From a virus, in the IMG/VR virus record IMGVR_UViG_3300032309_000911, positions 1-64,000 of that record: a stretch of 64,000 nucleotides of DNA. The stretch is one strand, 5' to 3'. A program made the translations under genes and the position numbers. The notes below the pieces were generated by a model that saw only the letters and a program-made list of their open reading frames with translations, was not told the origin of the DNA and ran no database searches. Positions 26,635-38,600 of the stretch are shown here, piece by piece. The stretch's first letter is position 1. The number at the start of each line of letters is the position of its first letter.

Positions 26635-28076
26635 TGACTATAACTTATAGAAATGTAAAAGGAGAAGCTTTAACCTATGATGAAATGGATGAAAATATCC
26701 GTGATTTGTATGAAGATACAACTATTGATAGGGTTTTAGGAAATGGAAATACAACAACAAAAAATTTAAATGTAGGTTCTTTAAATGCTACTACTATTAC
26801 ACTTAATGGATCTCCTTTAGCCGGACTAGGTTATACGGGATCAAAAGGAGATTCAGGATATACAGGATCACAAGGCCCAGCAGGAGGTTATACCGGCTCA
26901 CAAGGTTACACAGGTTCGCTTGGTTATACAGGTTCTAAAGGCGACACAGGTTACACAGGATCTAAAGGCGATATAGGCTATACAGGTTCTAAAGGTGATT
27001 TAGGCTATACAGGCAGTTTAGGATATACAGGTTCTAAAGGCGATACAGGTTACTCAGGATCAAAAGGTGATTTAGGTTATTCGGGATCAATTGGATATAC
27101 AGGATCTCAAGGTTCAATAGGTTACACAGGTTCACAAGGAGTAACAGGTTATACAGGTTCACAAGGTTCAATAGGTTATACAGGAAGTTTAGGTTATACA
27201 GGTTCACAAGGAGTAACAGGTTATACAGGTTCACAAGGTTCAATAGGTTATACAGGTTCTACCGGTGCTGGATACACAGGTTCACAAGGAGTAACAGGTT
27301 ATACAGGTTCACAAGGTTCAATAGGTTATACAGGTAGTCAGGCCACATTAACTGCCGGAACTTATATTGTTCGTGGAAAAATAAACGGTGTTGTAACTGC
27401 AAATAACGGAGTTGATATCGTATTACCCTTTATTGATGATATTGATCCAAACAATTGGTGGGATCCAACAGCAAAAAAATTTACTCCAACCGTAGCGGGT
27501 TATTATGTTGTAACTTTTGTTGTATGGTGGGATGCTGCTTCTATTACCAACAATCAAAATAATATTCAAATTAGAAAAAATAATAATACTGTTACCATTT
27601 CTCAAACCAATCTTCACAGTGCAACAGGATATTCTCAAATTGCAACTGATTTAGTTTACATGAATGGTAGTAGTGATTATTTGGATTTTACTGTATATAC
27701 AGCAAATACAACGAGTCAAACAATTAATTCTTCTGGTAATGGAACATATTTTGAAGCTGCTTTACATTCTTATGGATTACAAGGTTATACAGGTTCACAA
27801 GGTAATATTGGTTATACTGGTTCAGCATCCACTGTTATAGGTTATACAGGCAGTTCAGGTTATACAGGTTCAAAAGGCGATATTGGATATACAGGAAGTC
27901 AAGGTATAACAGGATATACAGGGTCAAATTTTAACGGATATTTAACAACAAATTGGTCTGTTAGAGAATCTTCTGGCACATTAATATTTTCATATTCAGG
28001 AGCAGATAAGATGAAAATTGATTCTAGTGGTAATTTAACTGTGATAGGAAACGTAACAGGTTATGGAACAATCTAA
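26634..28076 (+). CDS. tail fibre protein with G-Y-T-G-S collagen-like repeats and a C1q/TNF-like insert
   Basis: N-terminal [19 protein letters not shown], many GYTGSxG repeats, FTPTVAGYY...DYLDF domain. Confidence 0.75.
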   Translation: MTITYRNVKGEALTYDEMDENIRDLYEDTTIDRVLGNGNTTTKNLNVGSLNATTITLNGSPLAGLGYTGSKGDSGYTGSQGPAGGYTGSQGYTGSLGYTGSKGDTGYTGSKGDIGYTGSKGDLGYTGSLGYTGSKGDTGYSGSKGDLGYSGSIGYTGSQGSIGYTGSQGVTGYTGSQGSIGYTGSLGYTGSQGVTGYTGSQGSIGYTGSTGAGYTGSQGVTGYTGSQGSIGYTGSQATLTAGTYIVRGKINGVVTANNGVDIVLPFIDDIDPNNWWDPTAKKFTPTVAGYYVVTFVVWWDAASITNNQNNIQIRKNNNTVTISQTNLHSATGYSQIATDLVYMNGSSDYLDFTVYTANTTSQTINSSGNGTYFEAALHSYGLQGYTGSQGNIGYTGSASTVIGYTGSSGYTGSKGDIGYTGSQGITGYTGSNFNGYLTTNWSVRESSGTLIFSYSGADKMKIDSSGNLTVIGNVTGYGTI

Positions 28077-29077
28077 TGACGTTACAATCATCAGGCAGTA
28101 TTTCATTAAGTGATATAAATGTTGAATTAAGAAATTCATCAACTCAAATAATTTCTTTAAATGATAGTAGTGTCAGAACACTATTAAATGTTCCGTCTGG
28201 TACTATTTCTTTAAGTGATGCTTATGGCAAATCTAATAGAGTACAAATAAATTATATTATATCTTCAAACTCACAACAACTATCATTAAATCCTACAACT
28301 TTTACAAATTACATAGCTGGAAAAAGCGATATAACAATTACAGTAAATTCAGGAGTTTATGTTTGGTCTGATTCAACTTCTGTCGCTGGATTAATTATTA
28401 CTGATGGTTTAGTTTCAGGAGATACTTTAAAATTAGTAAATAACGGATATATTATTGGAAAAGGTGGCAAAGGAGGAAATGGAATTAATGCTCCAAATAC
28501 TACGTCAGCTGGAAATGGAGGCCCTGCTCTTTCAATATTTAATAATATAACTATTGATAATCTTTCTTATATTGCAGGAGGTGGTGGTGGAGGAGGTGGC
28601 AATAATAGTGCGCTTTCAGATTCTTCTGTTAGAGGAGGAGGCGGAGGTGGAGCCGGCGGTGGAGATGGAGGAAATGGAGCTAACTCTGGAGGTTTTTTAA
28701 ATGGCATAGGAGGATCAGGCGGTTCAGTAGGAAATTCAGGAGCAAACGGAGGTAATTCAGGAATTGCAGGAGGCGGAGGAGGAAGAATTTTACCAGGCAA
28801 TGGTGGAGGGGGTGGAGCTGGTGGAGGAGCAGGAGGAGGTGGAGGAAGAAATTTCAATGGATTTTCAGGCGGGTCTTCAAACAATTCTGGTCAAAATGCT
28901 ACAGGTGGAGAAGCTGTCTATGGTAATGCCGCAGGTGGAGGTGGTTGGGGAGCATCAGGTGGATATACTAATGTAGGATGGTTACAATCTGGAGGAACAG
29001 GAGGTAAAGCAATAAATTTAAATGGATATTCAGTAACATATATAACTACAGGTAATGTATGGGGTGCAGTATCATAA
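28076..29077 (+). CDS. glycine-rich receptor-binding adhesin (T-even gp38-like)
   Basis: SSGSISLSDINVEL N-terminus, LVNNGYIIGKGG, poly-Gly motifs, GGGWGASGG, GKAINLNG...GNVWGAVS C-terminus. Confidence 0.7.
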   Translation: MTLQSSGSISLSDINVELRNSSTQIISLNDSSVRTLLNVPSGTISLSDAYGKSNRVQINYIISSNSQQLSLNPTTFTNYIAGKSDITITVNSGVYVWSDSTSVAGLIITDGLVSGDTLKLVNNGYIIGKGGKGGNGINAPNTTSAGNGGPALSIFNNITIDNLSYIAGGGGGGGGNNSALSDSSVRGGGGGGAGGGDGGNGANSGGFLNGIGGSGGSVGNSGANGGNSGIAGGGGGRILPGNGGGGGAGGGAGGGGGRNFNGFSGGSSNNSGQNATGGEAVYGNAAGGGGWGASGGYTNVGWLQSGGTGGKAINLNGYSVTYITTGNVWGAVS

Positions 29078-29089
29078 GGAAAGGAAAAT

Positions 29090-29302
29090 ATGAAAAAATA
29101 TAATGTATTTAATCAATTAACAGGAAAACCAGAAGAGGCTTCAACTTATGAAGAAGCTTTAATTTTGCAAAAGAAAATAAAAGATGAGTATTATACTTCA
29201 ATTGAAGGTTTATTTACTATAACAGTTTTAGTTAAAAATGAAGATGAGACGTGGACACAAAGTGTTTCAGATAATCAAGGAAATCCTTTAATCAATCCAT
29301 AA
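29090..29302 (+). CDS. small hypothetical protein (fibre-associated)
   Basis: AAGGA RBS; follows the adhesin gene. Confidence 0.55.
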   Translation: MKKYNVFNQLTGKPEEASTYEEALILQKKIKDEYYTSIEGLFTITVLVKNEDETWTQSVSDNQGNPLINP

Positions 29303-29307
29303 TATCT

Positions 29308-29315
29308 TATAAATA
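29308..29315 (+). promoter_or_regulatory. T4-type late promoter
   Basis: TATAAATA before gp25. Confidence 0.65.
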
Positions 29316-29324
29316 TTAATACTT

Positions 29325-29750
29325 ATGCCAAATTACGATGCCTCTAGCACAAACAACAGTAAACGTGCTAATGTAAAATACAAAGATTTAGACTTGGATT
29401 TTGGCCGTAATGTAGTAACTAGTGATGTAAATAAATTAACAGATGTTGAAGCTGTTAAAAGAAGTGTTAGAAATTTGATTAATACTTCTCATTTTGAAAG
29501 GCCTTTTCATCCTGAAATAGGTTCTAGTGTTAGAGCTATGTTATTTGAATTAATGACACCTCTTACAGCATTAAACCTACAAAGAAAAGTACAAGAGGTT
29601 TTGGTAAATTTTGAACCTAGAATTAAATTAGTTCAAATTGCAGCAAGACCAAACTATGATAATAATGCTTATGATTTGACAATTTATTTTTATGTAATTG
29701 GTTCGAATGAATTGGTAACAGTACAAACATTTTTAGAAAGACTAAGATAA
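29325..29750 (+). CDS. gp25: baseplate wedge subunit gp25
   Basis: YKDLDLDF, AVKRSVRNLI.T...ERPFHPEIGS, FEPRI. Confidence 0.92.
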   Translation: MPNYDASSTNNSKRANVKYKDLDLDFGRNVVTSDVNKLTDVEAVKRSVRNLINTSHFERPFHPEIGSSVRAMLFELMTPLTALNLQRKVQEVLVNFEPRIKLVQIAARPNYDNNAYDLTIYFYVIGSNELVTVQTFLERLR

Positions 29751-29751
29751 G

Positions 29752-31608
29752 ATGGCAAGTAATAAATTAGAAGTATCAGATTTTGATTTTGATAATATAA
29801 AAAGCAATTTAAGAACATTTTTACAAAGTCAATCAGAATTTTCAGATTATAATTTTGAAGGATCTGGTTTTGCCGTTCTTTTAGACACATTAGCCTATAA
29901 CACACATTATCTAGGATTCAACGCTAATATGTTAGCAAACGAAATGTATTTAGATAGTGCTGATATAAGAAAAAATATTGTATCTTTAGCAAAAATGTTA
30001 AATTATACTCCATCTTCTGTCAGAGCTCCTGTAGCAAATTTAAATATCACTGTCAATGATGCAACAGGGTCAACTTTAACATTATCCAAAGGAACAATAT
30101 TTACAACTTCTGTTTTAGGAACAACTTATCAATATATAACAAATCAAGATTATACCATTTCTCCTGTAAATGATGTTTACAATTTTTCAAGTGTAAATGT
30201 TTATGAAGGAACATTGGTAACCTATAGATATACAGTAGATAAAAATGATCCTGATCAAAAATTTGTAATCAATAGTTTAAATGCTGACACAACGACACTA
30301 AAAGTTTCTATACAAAACAGTTCTACAGATACAACTACAAATGTCTATTCATTAGCCGGTGGTTTTAATGGAGTAACAAGTACATCTAATGTTTATTTTT
30401 TACAAGAAGGAGAAGAAGGAAAATTTGAAATTTATTTTGGTGATGGTGTTATAGGTTCTTCTTTATCTGATGGTAATATCATAATATTAGAATATATTGT
30501 TACAAACAGAGATCAATCAAATGGTGCATCTTCTTTTACATTGTCAACTACGATTGGTGGATTTTCGGACATATCTATAGTTACAAATTCAGCATCACAA
30601 GGTGGAACAACGGCAGAATCTAAAGAGTCAATTCGTTTCAATGCACCTTTAAATTATGCAGCTCAAAACAGAGCTGTAACAACAACTGACTATGAAACGA
30701 TTGTCAAATCAATTTATCCAAATGCTTTATCTGTAAGTGCTTGGGGCGGAGAAAATGATGAGACGCCTGTTTATGGTGTTGTAAAAATTGCTATAAAAGC
30801 AAAAAGCGGTTCTACACTTACAAATACAACAAAAGCAAGTATAGTTACAGCATTAAAACCTTACAATGTTGCTTCTGTAAGGCCTGTTATTGTAGATCCT
30901 GAAAAAACTTCTATTTTAATTACAAGTAATGTAAAATATGATTCAAGATTAACAACAAAAACTTCTGACACTTTAAAATCGGACGTTATTAATACTTTAA
31001 CAAATTATAACACAGATACATTACAAAAATTTGATGGCATATTCAGATATTCCAAAGTTGTAGGTTTAATAGACAATACTGATACTAGTATAGTATCAAA
31101 CATAACTACTATTAAAATACGAAAAAATTTTACTCCAACTTTAAATTCTTCTACAAGATATGATATCTATTTTAGAAACTCTTTATACAATCCTGTATCT
31201 GGTTATAATGCTTCTCAAGGAGGAATTTTAGAATCAAGTGGTTTTAAAATTAATGGTGATACAACAAACGTTTATTACTTAGATGATGATGGCGTTGGAA
31301 ATATAAGAAGATATAGATTATTGAATGGTGTTAGAACATATGCTAATAATACTCAAGGAACAATTAATTATTCTACAGGCCAAATTACATTAACATCTTT
31401 AAATATAACTAATGTAGAAAATATTAGAAATCAAACATCAACTGCAATTGAATTAACTGTTAAACCAAATTCTAATGATATAGTTCCTGTAAGAGATCAA
31501 ATCGTAGAAATTGATATACAAAATTCTTATATTACAGTTCAATCAGATGCTTTTGTTGGAGGTTCGGCAGAAGCAGGAGTAGGTTACACAACAACAACTA
31601 GCTATTAA
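29752..31608 (+). CDS. gp6: baseplate wedge subunit gp6
   Basis: DFDFDNIKSNL..FL, FSDYNFEGSG...LLDTLAYNTHY, YFGDGVIG, AQNRAVTTTDY, AWGGE. Confidence 0.93.
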   Translation: MASNKLEVSDFDFDNIKSNLRTFLQSQSEFSDYNFEGSGFAVLLDTLAYNTHYLGFNANMLANEMYLDSADIRKNIVSLAKMLNYTPSSVRAPVANLNITVNDATGSTLTLSKGTIFTTSVLGTTYQYITNQDYTISPVNDVYNFSSVNVYEGTLVTYRYTVDKNDPDQKFVINSLNADTTTLKVSIQNSSTDTTTNVYSLAGGFNGVTSTSNVYFLQEGEEGKFEIYFGDGVIGSSLSDGNIIILEYIVTNRDQSNGASSFTLSTTIGGFSDISIVTNSASQGGTTAESKESIRFNAPLNYAAQNRAVTTTDYETIVKSIYPNALSVSAWGGENDETPVYGVVKIAIKAKSGSTLTNTTKASIVTALKPYNVASVRPVIVDPEKTSILITSNVKYDSRLTTKTSDTLKSDVINTLTNYNTDTLQKFDGIFRYSKVVGLIDNTDTSIVSNITTIKIRKNFTPTLNSSTRYDIYFRNSLYNPVSGYNASQGGILESSGFKINGDTTNVYYLDDDGVGNIRRYRLLNGVRTYANNTQGTINYSTGQITLTSLNITNVENIRNQTSTAIELTVKPNSNDIVPVRDQIVEIDIQNSYITVQSDAFVGGSAEAGVGYTTTTSY

Positions 31609-31610
31609 TT

Positions 31611-34124
31611 ATGGCTAATTTTAAAAATAAAATATCCAATTTACTTACTTCACAAGTACCTGATTTTGTACTTGAAGATCATCTTAAATTTGTAGAATTT
31701 TTAAAAACATATTATACATTTATGGAAGCTGCCGAATTGGTGGTTACAAGTGTACAAACAACTGATGGTATAAGACTAGAAACTGAAACTGATCAAGAAA
31801 ATAATTTATTATTAGATGGTTCTCGTGTTGAATCTGAAAAAACTATTTTAGATGCTGGCGATAAAATAATTTTAGAAAGTTCTTCTTATGGTAAATTTAT
31901 TAAAGGAGAAATAGTTACAGGACAAACATCAAAAGCAACATCAACCATACTTGCTGAAGATTTAGATAATAATAAATTGTTTGTTGTTGCACAAGACAAA
32001 TTTATTAAAGGAGAAACAATATTAGGTTCTTCTTCTAATGCAAGTGCTGTAATTAATAATTATAGACCAAATCCTGTAAACAATATACAAGAATTATTAA
32101 ATTTTAGAGATCCTGATAAAGCAATATCAAACTTTTTAATTAATTTTAGAAATGAATTTTTAGCAACATTACCTGAAAATTTAAATAATAATATTAATAA
32201 AAGGAATTTAATTAAAAATATAAAATCTTTATATCAATCTAAAGGTACTAAAATAGGTAATGAATTATTTTTTAGATTATTATTTAACGAAGCTTCAGAA
32301 ACAATTTATCCTAGAGAACAAATATTAAGAGTATCTGATGGTAAATTTACAGTTAATAAAATATTAAGATCGTTAGAGTTAGAAGGAGAAACATTAAATT
32401 TAATAGGAAGAACTATAACTGGTAAAACTTCCGGTGCAACCGCAGTAGTAGAAAACGTAAGTAAATTTCTAATAGGATCTAATACTGTTTCTGAATTTAT
32501 CTTAAACGAAGATAGTATTCAAGGAACATTTTTGATTGGAGAACAAATCAATGGAACAGTAAACGACACAGACGATATTTTAATTAAAGCAACAATTACA
32601 GGAATTCCTATTTCACATACAATAACAAATTCAGGAGTTTTGCACGAAGAATCTGAAAATGTATCTATTGTAGGAGGAGGTGAAGGGGCTATAGTACAAA
32701 CTAAGTCTATAGGTTCAGGTAGTATTTCTGAAATTATAATTGATAATCCTGGTTTGGGTTACTCAATAGGCGATGAATTAACTTTTGATAATACAAATAC
32801 AAACGGATCGGGTGCGGCCGGATTTATTTCAATAGTTAATGGTGGTATTATTTTAGAAGATGGTTCAAACGACAGAATCACTTTAGAAGAAGCGACAACA
32901 CAAGAAGATACTTATTCAGGAAATAAATTTGTACAAGAATTTGGTACAGGTATAGGAGATATAACAGATGTTTATCTGTATAATGGTGGTAGTGGATATA
33001 CAAAATTACCCACAATAACTATTTCATCAACAGGTAATAATGCAGTTTTAAAAGCTTACACTACGACTATTGGTAATGTATTAGATTTGAAAATATTAGA
33101 ATATGGTAAAGGTTATGAAAATTCTCCAACACCTCCTACTTTAAATTTATATAAAAATTTAATATTAACAAACATTTCAGGAATTTTCATAGAAGGAGAA
33201 ACAGTAACTACTAGTACTTCGGTTACAGCAGTTGTTGTTAATTATAATCAAGATACAGGATTATTAGTATTAAAAAATAGTTCAGGAACTATAACACAAA
33301 ATTTAACAATATCTGGAGGTTCATCAGGAGCTACAGGTACAATTGCAAGATCAAATTCAGCCACAGCATCTTTGAATATTGGTTCAATTGCTAATACCGA
33401 AGGAGTTTATATAAATGAAGATGGATTTGTTTCTGAAAATACTATAAGAATACAAGACTCTTTATATTATCAAGATTTTTCTTATGTTATAAAAGTTGGC
33501 CGTTCTATAACAGAATGGAGAGATACTTTCAAAAAAACAATGCACACATCAGGTTTTTATCTTACAGGTCAAGTTAATATTAATTCAAGACTAAATGTTA
33601 AAGTTAGATTTCCTATAATAGGTGCTGTATCTTTACAATCAGAAGAGCCGTTATTCAGTATTCTTAATACTTTATTTTCTACAATATTTGGTAGAAGATT
33701 AGGTACTATAGATGATGGTACAACTTTAAGAGCAAATTCTCAATTAGGTATTAAAGCAGATTTAAACACATCTACTATATCTCCTTTCTCAAATACTACT
33801 AGAGATATTACTTTAAAAAGAGCTCCTATAGGCATTTCTGTAGAATCTAGAGTAAGAGGTATTATTAATGGAACTAAAGTTAATAACGGTTTTGTTTATG
33901 CTGGCCCCAGATATGGAACTATTAATAGAGAAATTTTTAAAACTTTTGCTTTATCCGGAACAAATTATTCTATTGCAGAATTAAGTAATAATGTTACATT
34001 TGGAACTAAAACATCATTGGACGGTAATGATAATACTCTTTTATTTTCTTCGAGTAATTTAGGCAGAGGTATTAAAACCAAGTTAACTATGCCTTCCGAA
34101 ATCACTACGATAACCATACCATAA
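31611..34124 (+). CDS. gp7: baseplate wedge initiator gp7-like protein
   Basis: QVPDFV..DH.KFVEFLKTYY, LIKNIKSLYQSKGT...FFRLLFNE, IQDSLYYQDFSYVIK; between gp6 and gp8. Confidence 0.75.
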   Translation: MANFKNKISNLLTSQVPDFVLEDHLKFVEFLKTYYTFMEAAELVVTSVQTTDGIRLETETDQENNLLLDGSRVESEKTILDAGDKIILESSSYGKFIKGEIVTGQTSKATSTILAEDLDNNKLFVVAQDKFIKGETILGSSSNASAVINNYRPNPVNNIQELLNFRDPDKAISNFLINFRNEFLATLPENLNNNINKRNLIKNIKSLYQSKGTKIGNELFFRLLFNEASETIYPREQILRVSDGKFTVNKILRSLELEGETLNLIGRTITGKTSGATAVVENVSKFLIGSNTVSEFILNEDSIQGTFLIGEQINGTVNDTDDILIKATITGIPISHTITNSGVLHEESENVSIVGGGEGAIVQTKSIGSGSISEIIIDNPGLGYSIGDELTFDNTNTNGSGAAGFISIVNGGIILEDGSNDRITLEEATTQEDTYSGNKFVQEFGTGIGDITDVYLYNGGSGYTKLPTITISSTGNNAVLKAYTTTIGNVLDLKILEYGKGYENSPTPPTLNLYKNLILTNISGIFIEGETVTTSTSVTAVVVNYNQDTGLLVLKNSSGTITQNLTISGGSSGATGTIARSNSATASLNIGSIANTEGVYINEDGFVSENTIRIQDSLYYQDFSYVIKVGRSITEWRDTFKKTMHTSGFYLTGQVNINSRLNVKVRFPIIGAVSLQSEEPLFSILNTLFSTIFGRRLGTIDDGTTLRANSQLGIKADLNTSTISPFSNTTRDITLKRAPIGISVESRVRGIINGTKVNNGFVYAGPRYGTINREIFKTFALSGTNYSIAELSNNVTFGTKTSLDGNDNTLLFSSSNLGRGIKTKLTMPSEITTITIP

Positions 34125-34129
34125 ATGAG

Positions 34130-34166
34130 TATAAATAATAATAAGTTTGAAAAACTTGTATAAATA
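34130..34166 (+). promoter_or_regulatory. tandem T4-type late promoters
   Basis: TATAAATA at 34130-34137 and 34159-34166. Confidence 0.6.
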
Positions 34167-34184
34167 TAACTAAAGAAATTAAAT

Positions 34185-35654
34185 ATGCCAGCAATTATAA
34201 CAAATAAATTTAGAATACACAATAGTGAACAATTTGCAGAATCTTTTTCTGAACCAGCGTCTAATCTTTATTATCTAGGAATAGGTAGACCTCAACCATT
34301 TGCAACACAAACAAGAGGTGATCTAAGAACAGATAATCAAGGAACAGATAGTGCATCTATAACTCCAGCAGATAGTATATCGGAAGAATTTTATACATAT
34401 GATGATTTGCTTGCTGTAAAAAAAATTACAGCATCAGACGTATCTTATGTAATACCTAGAAGAAACTGGACAACAGGAACAACTTACGACATCTATAGAA
34501 ACGATTACGGCAATAGAATTACAGGAACAACAACAACTCAAACTTCAAATAGTGGTGCAACAACTTTATTTGATGCTACTTTTTATGTTTTAACAGCAGA
34601 TAGAAATGTTTATAAATGTTTAAACAATAATAACAATTCTGCTTCAACAACAGAACCAACAGGAACTTCTATTAATATTATAACAACAGCTGATGGTTAT
34701 AAGTGGAAATATATGTACACTTTGACAGCTTCACAACAAGCAAATTTTTTATCAACAGATTTTATGGCTGTAGCAACAAATGCTACAGTATCATCCGCTG
34801 CTGTAGATGGCGCTATCAACATTGTAAAAATTAAATCTGCTGGTTCAGGTGGAACAAACGGAACATATACAAGTATTCCAATTCGTGGAGATGGTTCTTC
34901 AGGAACAGTTACAGTTGTGGTTTCGGGTGGAGCAGTAACATCAGTTACTGTTACAAATATAGGAACAGGTTATACTATTGCTTATATTCGTAATGCAGAT
35001 ATAGTTTCTGCTGGTGCTACAGGTTTATCAGGTGCTGAATTAGATTGTATTGTAGAACACAAAGGCGGACACGGTTTTGATGCTGTAAAAGAATTGGGTG
35101 GATTTTTTGTAATGTTAAACGTAAATTTAGAAGGAACGGAATCTTCAAATACTGGAGATTTCACTTCTGAAAACGATTTTAGAAGAATAGTATTAATAAG
35201 AGATCCATATTCTAGTGGAACAGCTGCTAGCGCTACAACATTAAGAGCAACAAAAGCAGTTAGATTTGCTTCATCACCAACTCCAGGAACTTTTCAAGTA
35301 GATGAAAAAATATCTCAAGCGACAACAGGTGCTGTAGGAAAAGTTGTTGAGTGGGACGCTACTAATAGAATATTACATTACATACAAACTAGATTCAATG
35401 ATGAGGGTCTTGATAGTAATGGTAATTTAACAGCGTTTAGCGGAGCAAACGTTATTACAGGAGCAACTTCAAGTGCTACAGGAACTCCAAGTTCAGTTGC
35501 AAGTGAAACTGCCGACCAAATTACGTTTACTAATGGTTATAAAGGATCAGAGTTGGACAGACATAAAGGTGATGTGTTATATATTGAAAATAGAGCACCA
35601 ATAACAAGAGCATCCGACCAAACTGAGAATATTAAATTAGTAATTGAGTTTTAG
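34185..35654 (+). CDS. gp8: baseplate wedge subunit gp8
   Basis: MPAIITNKFRIHN, VIPRRNWTTG, VYKCLNN, DGYKWKYMY, GDVLYIENRAPITRASDQTENIKLVIEF. Confidence 0.9.
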   Translation: MPAIITNKFRIHNSEQFAESFSEPASNLYYLGIGRPQPFATQTRGDLRTDNQGTDSASITPADSISEEFYTYDDLLAVKKITASDVSYVIPRRNWTTGTTYDIYRNDYGNRITGTTTTQTSNSGATTLFDATFYVLTADRNVYKCLNNNNNSASTTEPTGTSINIITTADGYKWKYMYTLTASQQANFLSTDFMAVATNATVSSAAVDGAINIVKIKSAGSGGTNGTYTSIPIRGDGSSGTVTVVVSGGAVTSVTVTNIGTGYTIAYIRNADIVSAGATGLSGAELDCIVEHKGGHGFDAVKELGGFFVMLNVNLEGTESSNTGDFTSENDFRRIVLIRDPYSSGTAASATTLRATKAVRFASSPTPGTFQVDEKISQATTGAVGKVVEWDATNRILHYIQTRFNDEGLDSNGNLTAFSGANVITGATSSATGTPSSVASETADQITFTNGYKGSELDRHKGDVLYIENRAPITRASDQTENIKLVIEF

Positions 35655-35662
35655 GGAGAAAT

Positions 35663-38600
35663 ATGCCAAGTCCAACAGACTTTAACCTTTCGCCTTATTT
35701 TGATGATTATAATGAGTCGAAAAAATTTCATAGAATATTGTATAGACCTTCTTTTGCTGTACAAGCTAGAGAATTAACACAATCTCAATCAATTCTTCAA
35801 AATCAAATTGAAAGAGTATCCGATCACCTTTTTGAAAAAGGAACAATGGTTATTCCTGGTGAAATTGGATTTGATCTGAATTATTATGCTGTTAAATTAA
35901 CATCTAAAACATATTCTTCAATATCAGATTATATTGGTAAACAATTAACAGGTGTTACATCAGGCGTTATAGGTATTTGTGTTAATGCTGTTGCTAATGA
36001 TGGAACAGATCCTGATACTTTATATGTAAAATACAATAAAACAGGAACAAATAATACTTCTGTTGCATTTTCTAACGGAGAAACAATTAATGCTACGGCA
36101 ATCGGTAGCGTTACTGTTTTAGCATCAGCTGTTGTAAATTCTACAGCAACAGGTTCAGCAGCCAATATTGCAGAAGGTGTTTATTACATTAACGGTTTTC
36201 ATGTATCTGTAACAGAACAAACTTTAATTTTAGACAAATATACAAACACACCTAGTTACAGAGTAGGTTTAACTATTACTGAAAGTTTTATAACACCAAA
36301 TGATGATGTCTCTTTAGTTGATAATGCTCAAGGTTCTTCAAATGCAAATGCACCAGGAGCTCATAGATTCAAAATAGATTTAACATTAGCTAAAAGAACA
36401 TTAACATCAACTGATGATTCTAATTTTGTAGAATTATTAAGATTATCAAATGGTATTAGATTAAATCAAGTTACTAGAACTAATTATGCTGTATTAGAAG
36501 ATAATATGGCGAGAAGAACGTATGATGAATCAGGAGACTACACTGTTAGAGATTTTGATTTAGATATTAGAGAACATATTGTTGATGGTAATAATAGAGG
36601 TATATACACTTTAGCACAAGGTGGAAATCCAGCAAAATTAGCGATAGGTGTTGGTCCAGGTAAAGCTTATGTTAAAGGATATGAAATAGAAACTATTGGA
36701 ACAACTTTTATAGATTCTGATAAAGCAAGAGATTACGATTCCGAAAATAATTTTAATACAAGATTTGATGTAGAAAATTATGTTAATGTAACTAACGTAT
36801 ATGGAACTCCTGATATAGGATTTGTATCTAGCGATGTTGAGGCATTTAAAAATGTAAATTTATATGATACGGCAACATCTTCAAGAGGTACTGAACAATC
36901 TACAACAGGTGTAACTGTACCACAAATAGGTAGAGCTAAATCAAAAGGATTTGAATTAAATAGTGGTACGGCAAGTTCTAATATATTTGCTAGCTCTTCT
37001 TTAACAAACGCTGTTTATAAACATTATCTATTTGATATAGAAATGTTTACTCATTTAAATATTAAAACAGCAGTAGATTTTACCGATGGAGAAAAAGTAA
37101 CAGGAGGAACTTCAGGTGCTTATGGATATGTTCAATCTTTAGATTCAACAAAATCTTCAGCAGTAACAAGTATTTCTGTTGCAAATCCTGGAGTTGTAAC
37201 TTTAAGTTCACATTCTTTTAAAGAAGGACAACAAATTACTTTAACTGGTGGTTCTTTTAGTATTGACTCTGTTGCATATTCTAGCGGTACAGTATTTACT
37301 GTAAAAAATCCAACAACAAACACTTTTCAATTATATAATTCTGCCGGAACATCTACAGTAAACGTAACTGCTTATAGTTCAGCTCCAACAGCTGCACATG
37401 GAGTTGTTGTACTTAATAATGTAACAGGAATTTTTGTTGCTGGTGAAACAATAACAGGAAACACTTCTTCATTAACAGCTGTTATTCAAGATAATAGATA
37501 TGGATTTAATGGTGTACAAACTTTTGATTTTACTTCAGTAAAACAAATTGGTATGTCCGGTTCTCCAACATATACTTCTGATGTTTCTACAGATTCAACT
37601 TATGGTGATAATTATACACTGTTTGGTTCATTGTCAGTAGCAAATAGTGGAACAACAGTTACAGGATTTGGTACACTATTTAGTGCTGAATTAAGAGTTG
37701 GAGATAGTATAACATTTACTACTGATGCGGGAAGTTCTATAACTAGAATAATTGAATCTATTTCTTCCAATACAAGTTTACAATTATTAACTGCTGTTGG
37801 TGGTTCAGATGTATCTACAAAAACAATTGCAGTTAGAAAACGAGGAAAATTACAAGGTTCAAATAAAAATATTTCAATATTTGAATTGCCTTATAGTGTT
37901 ATAAAAACATTAAAAACTACAGCTAATGGTGGAATTACAGATACAAATTTTAAAGTAAGACGACACTTTACAACAACATTATCTTCAGGAAGTGCAACAA
38001 TAACTGCTGGAACAAATGAAATATTTTCAAGTTTAACTGAAAAAGATTTCTCTGTTTCTATAATGAGTATTGGTTCAGCAACAGCAGGTGCAGTAGGAGA
38101 TGTTTTAAGTCTTTCAGGAAATAACCATAATGGTAGTGCTATATTTACATTAGGTGGTTCTCCTACAGGAAAAACTTTAACTTTAAATTTTGGAACAAAT
38201 TATTCTAATGCTAAAATTAAAATATTAGCAACAGTTAATCGTTCAGTTGCAGGTTCCAAAACAAAAACACTTAATGCAAATTCTACAAAACAAGTATCTA
38301 GTCAATCAGAAATAGAATCTGGTATTATTAGTTTAGGAAAAGCAGATATTTACGTTATTAATAATATTTACATGTCAGCAAATTTTTCAACTAATGCTAC
38401 AACTTCAGATACAAATGTTACTGCTAGATTTATTTTAGATAACGGACAAAGAGATAATTTTTACGACATAGGTAGAATTAAATTAAAAACAGGAGCTATA
38501 ACTCCAACTGGCCGTTTATTAATAGATTTCGATTACTATTCTCATGGTTCAGGAGATTATTTTGACGTAGATTCTTATTCAGGTTCTTCTGATTATGAAA

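Noticed and set aside
28567-28884. Poly-proline ORF on the minus strand
   Set aside because: It is the antisense shadow of the poly-glycine adhesin codons.
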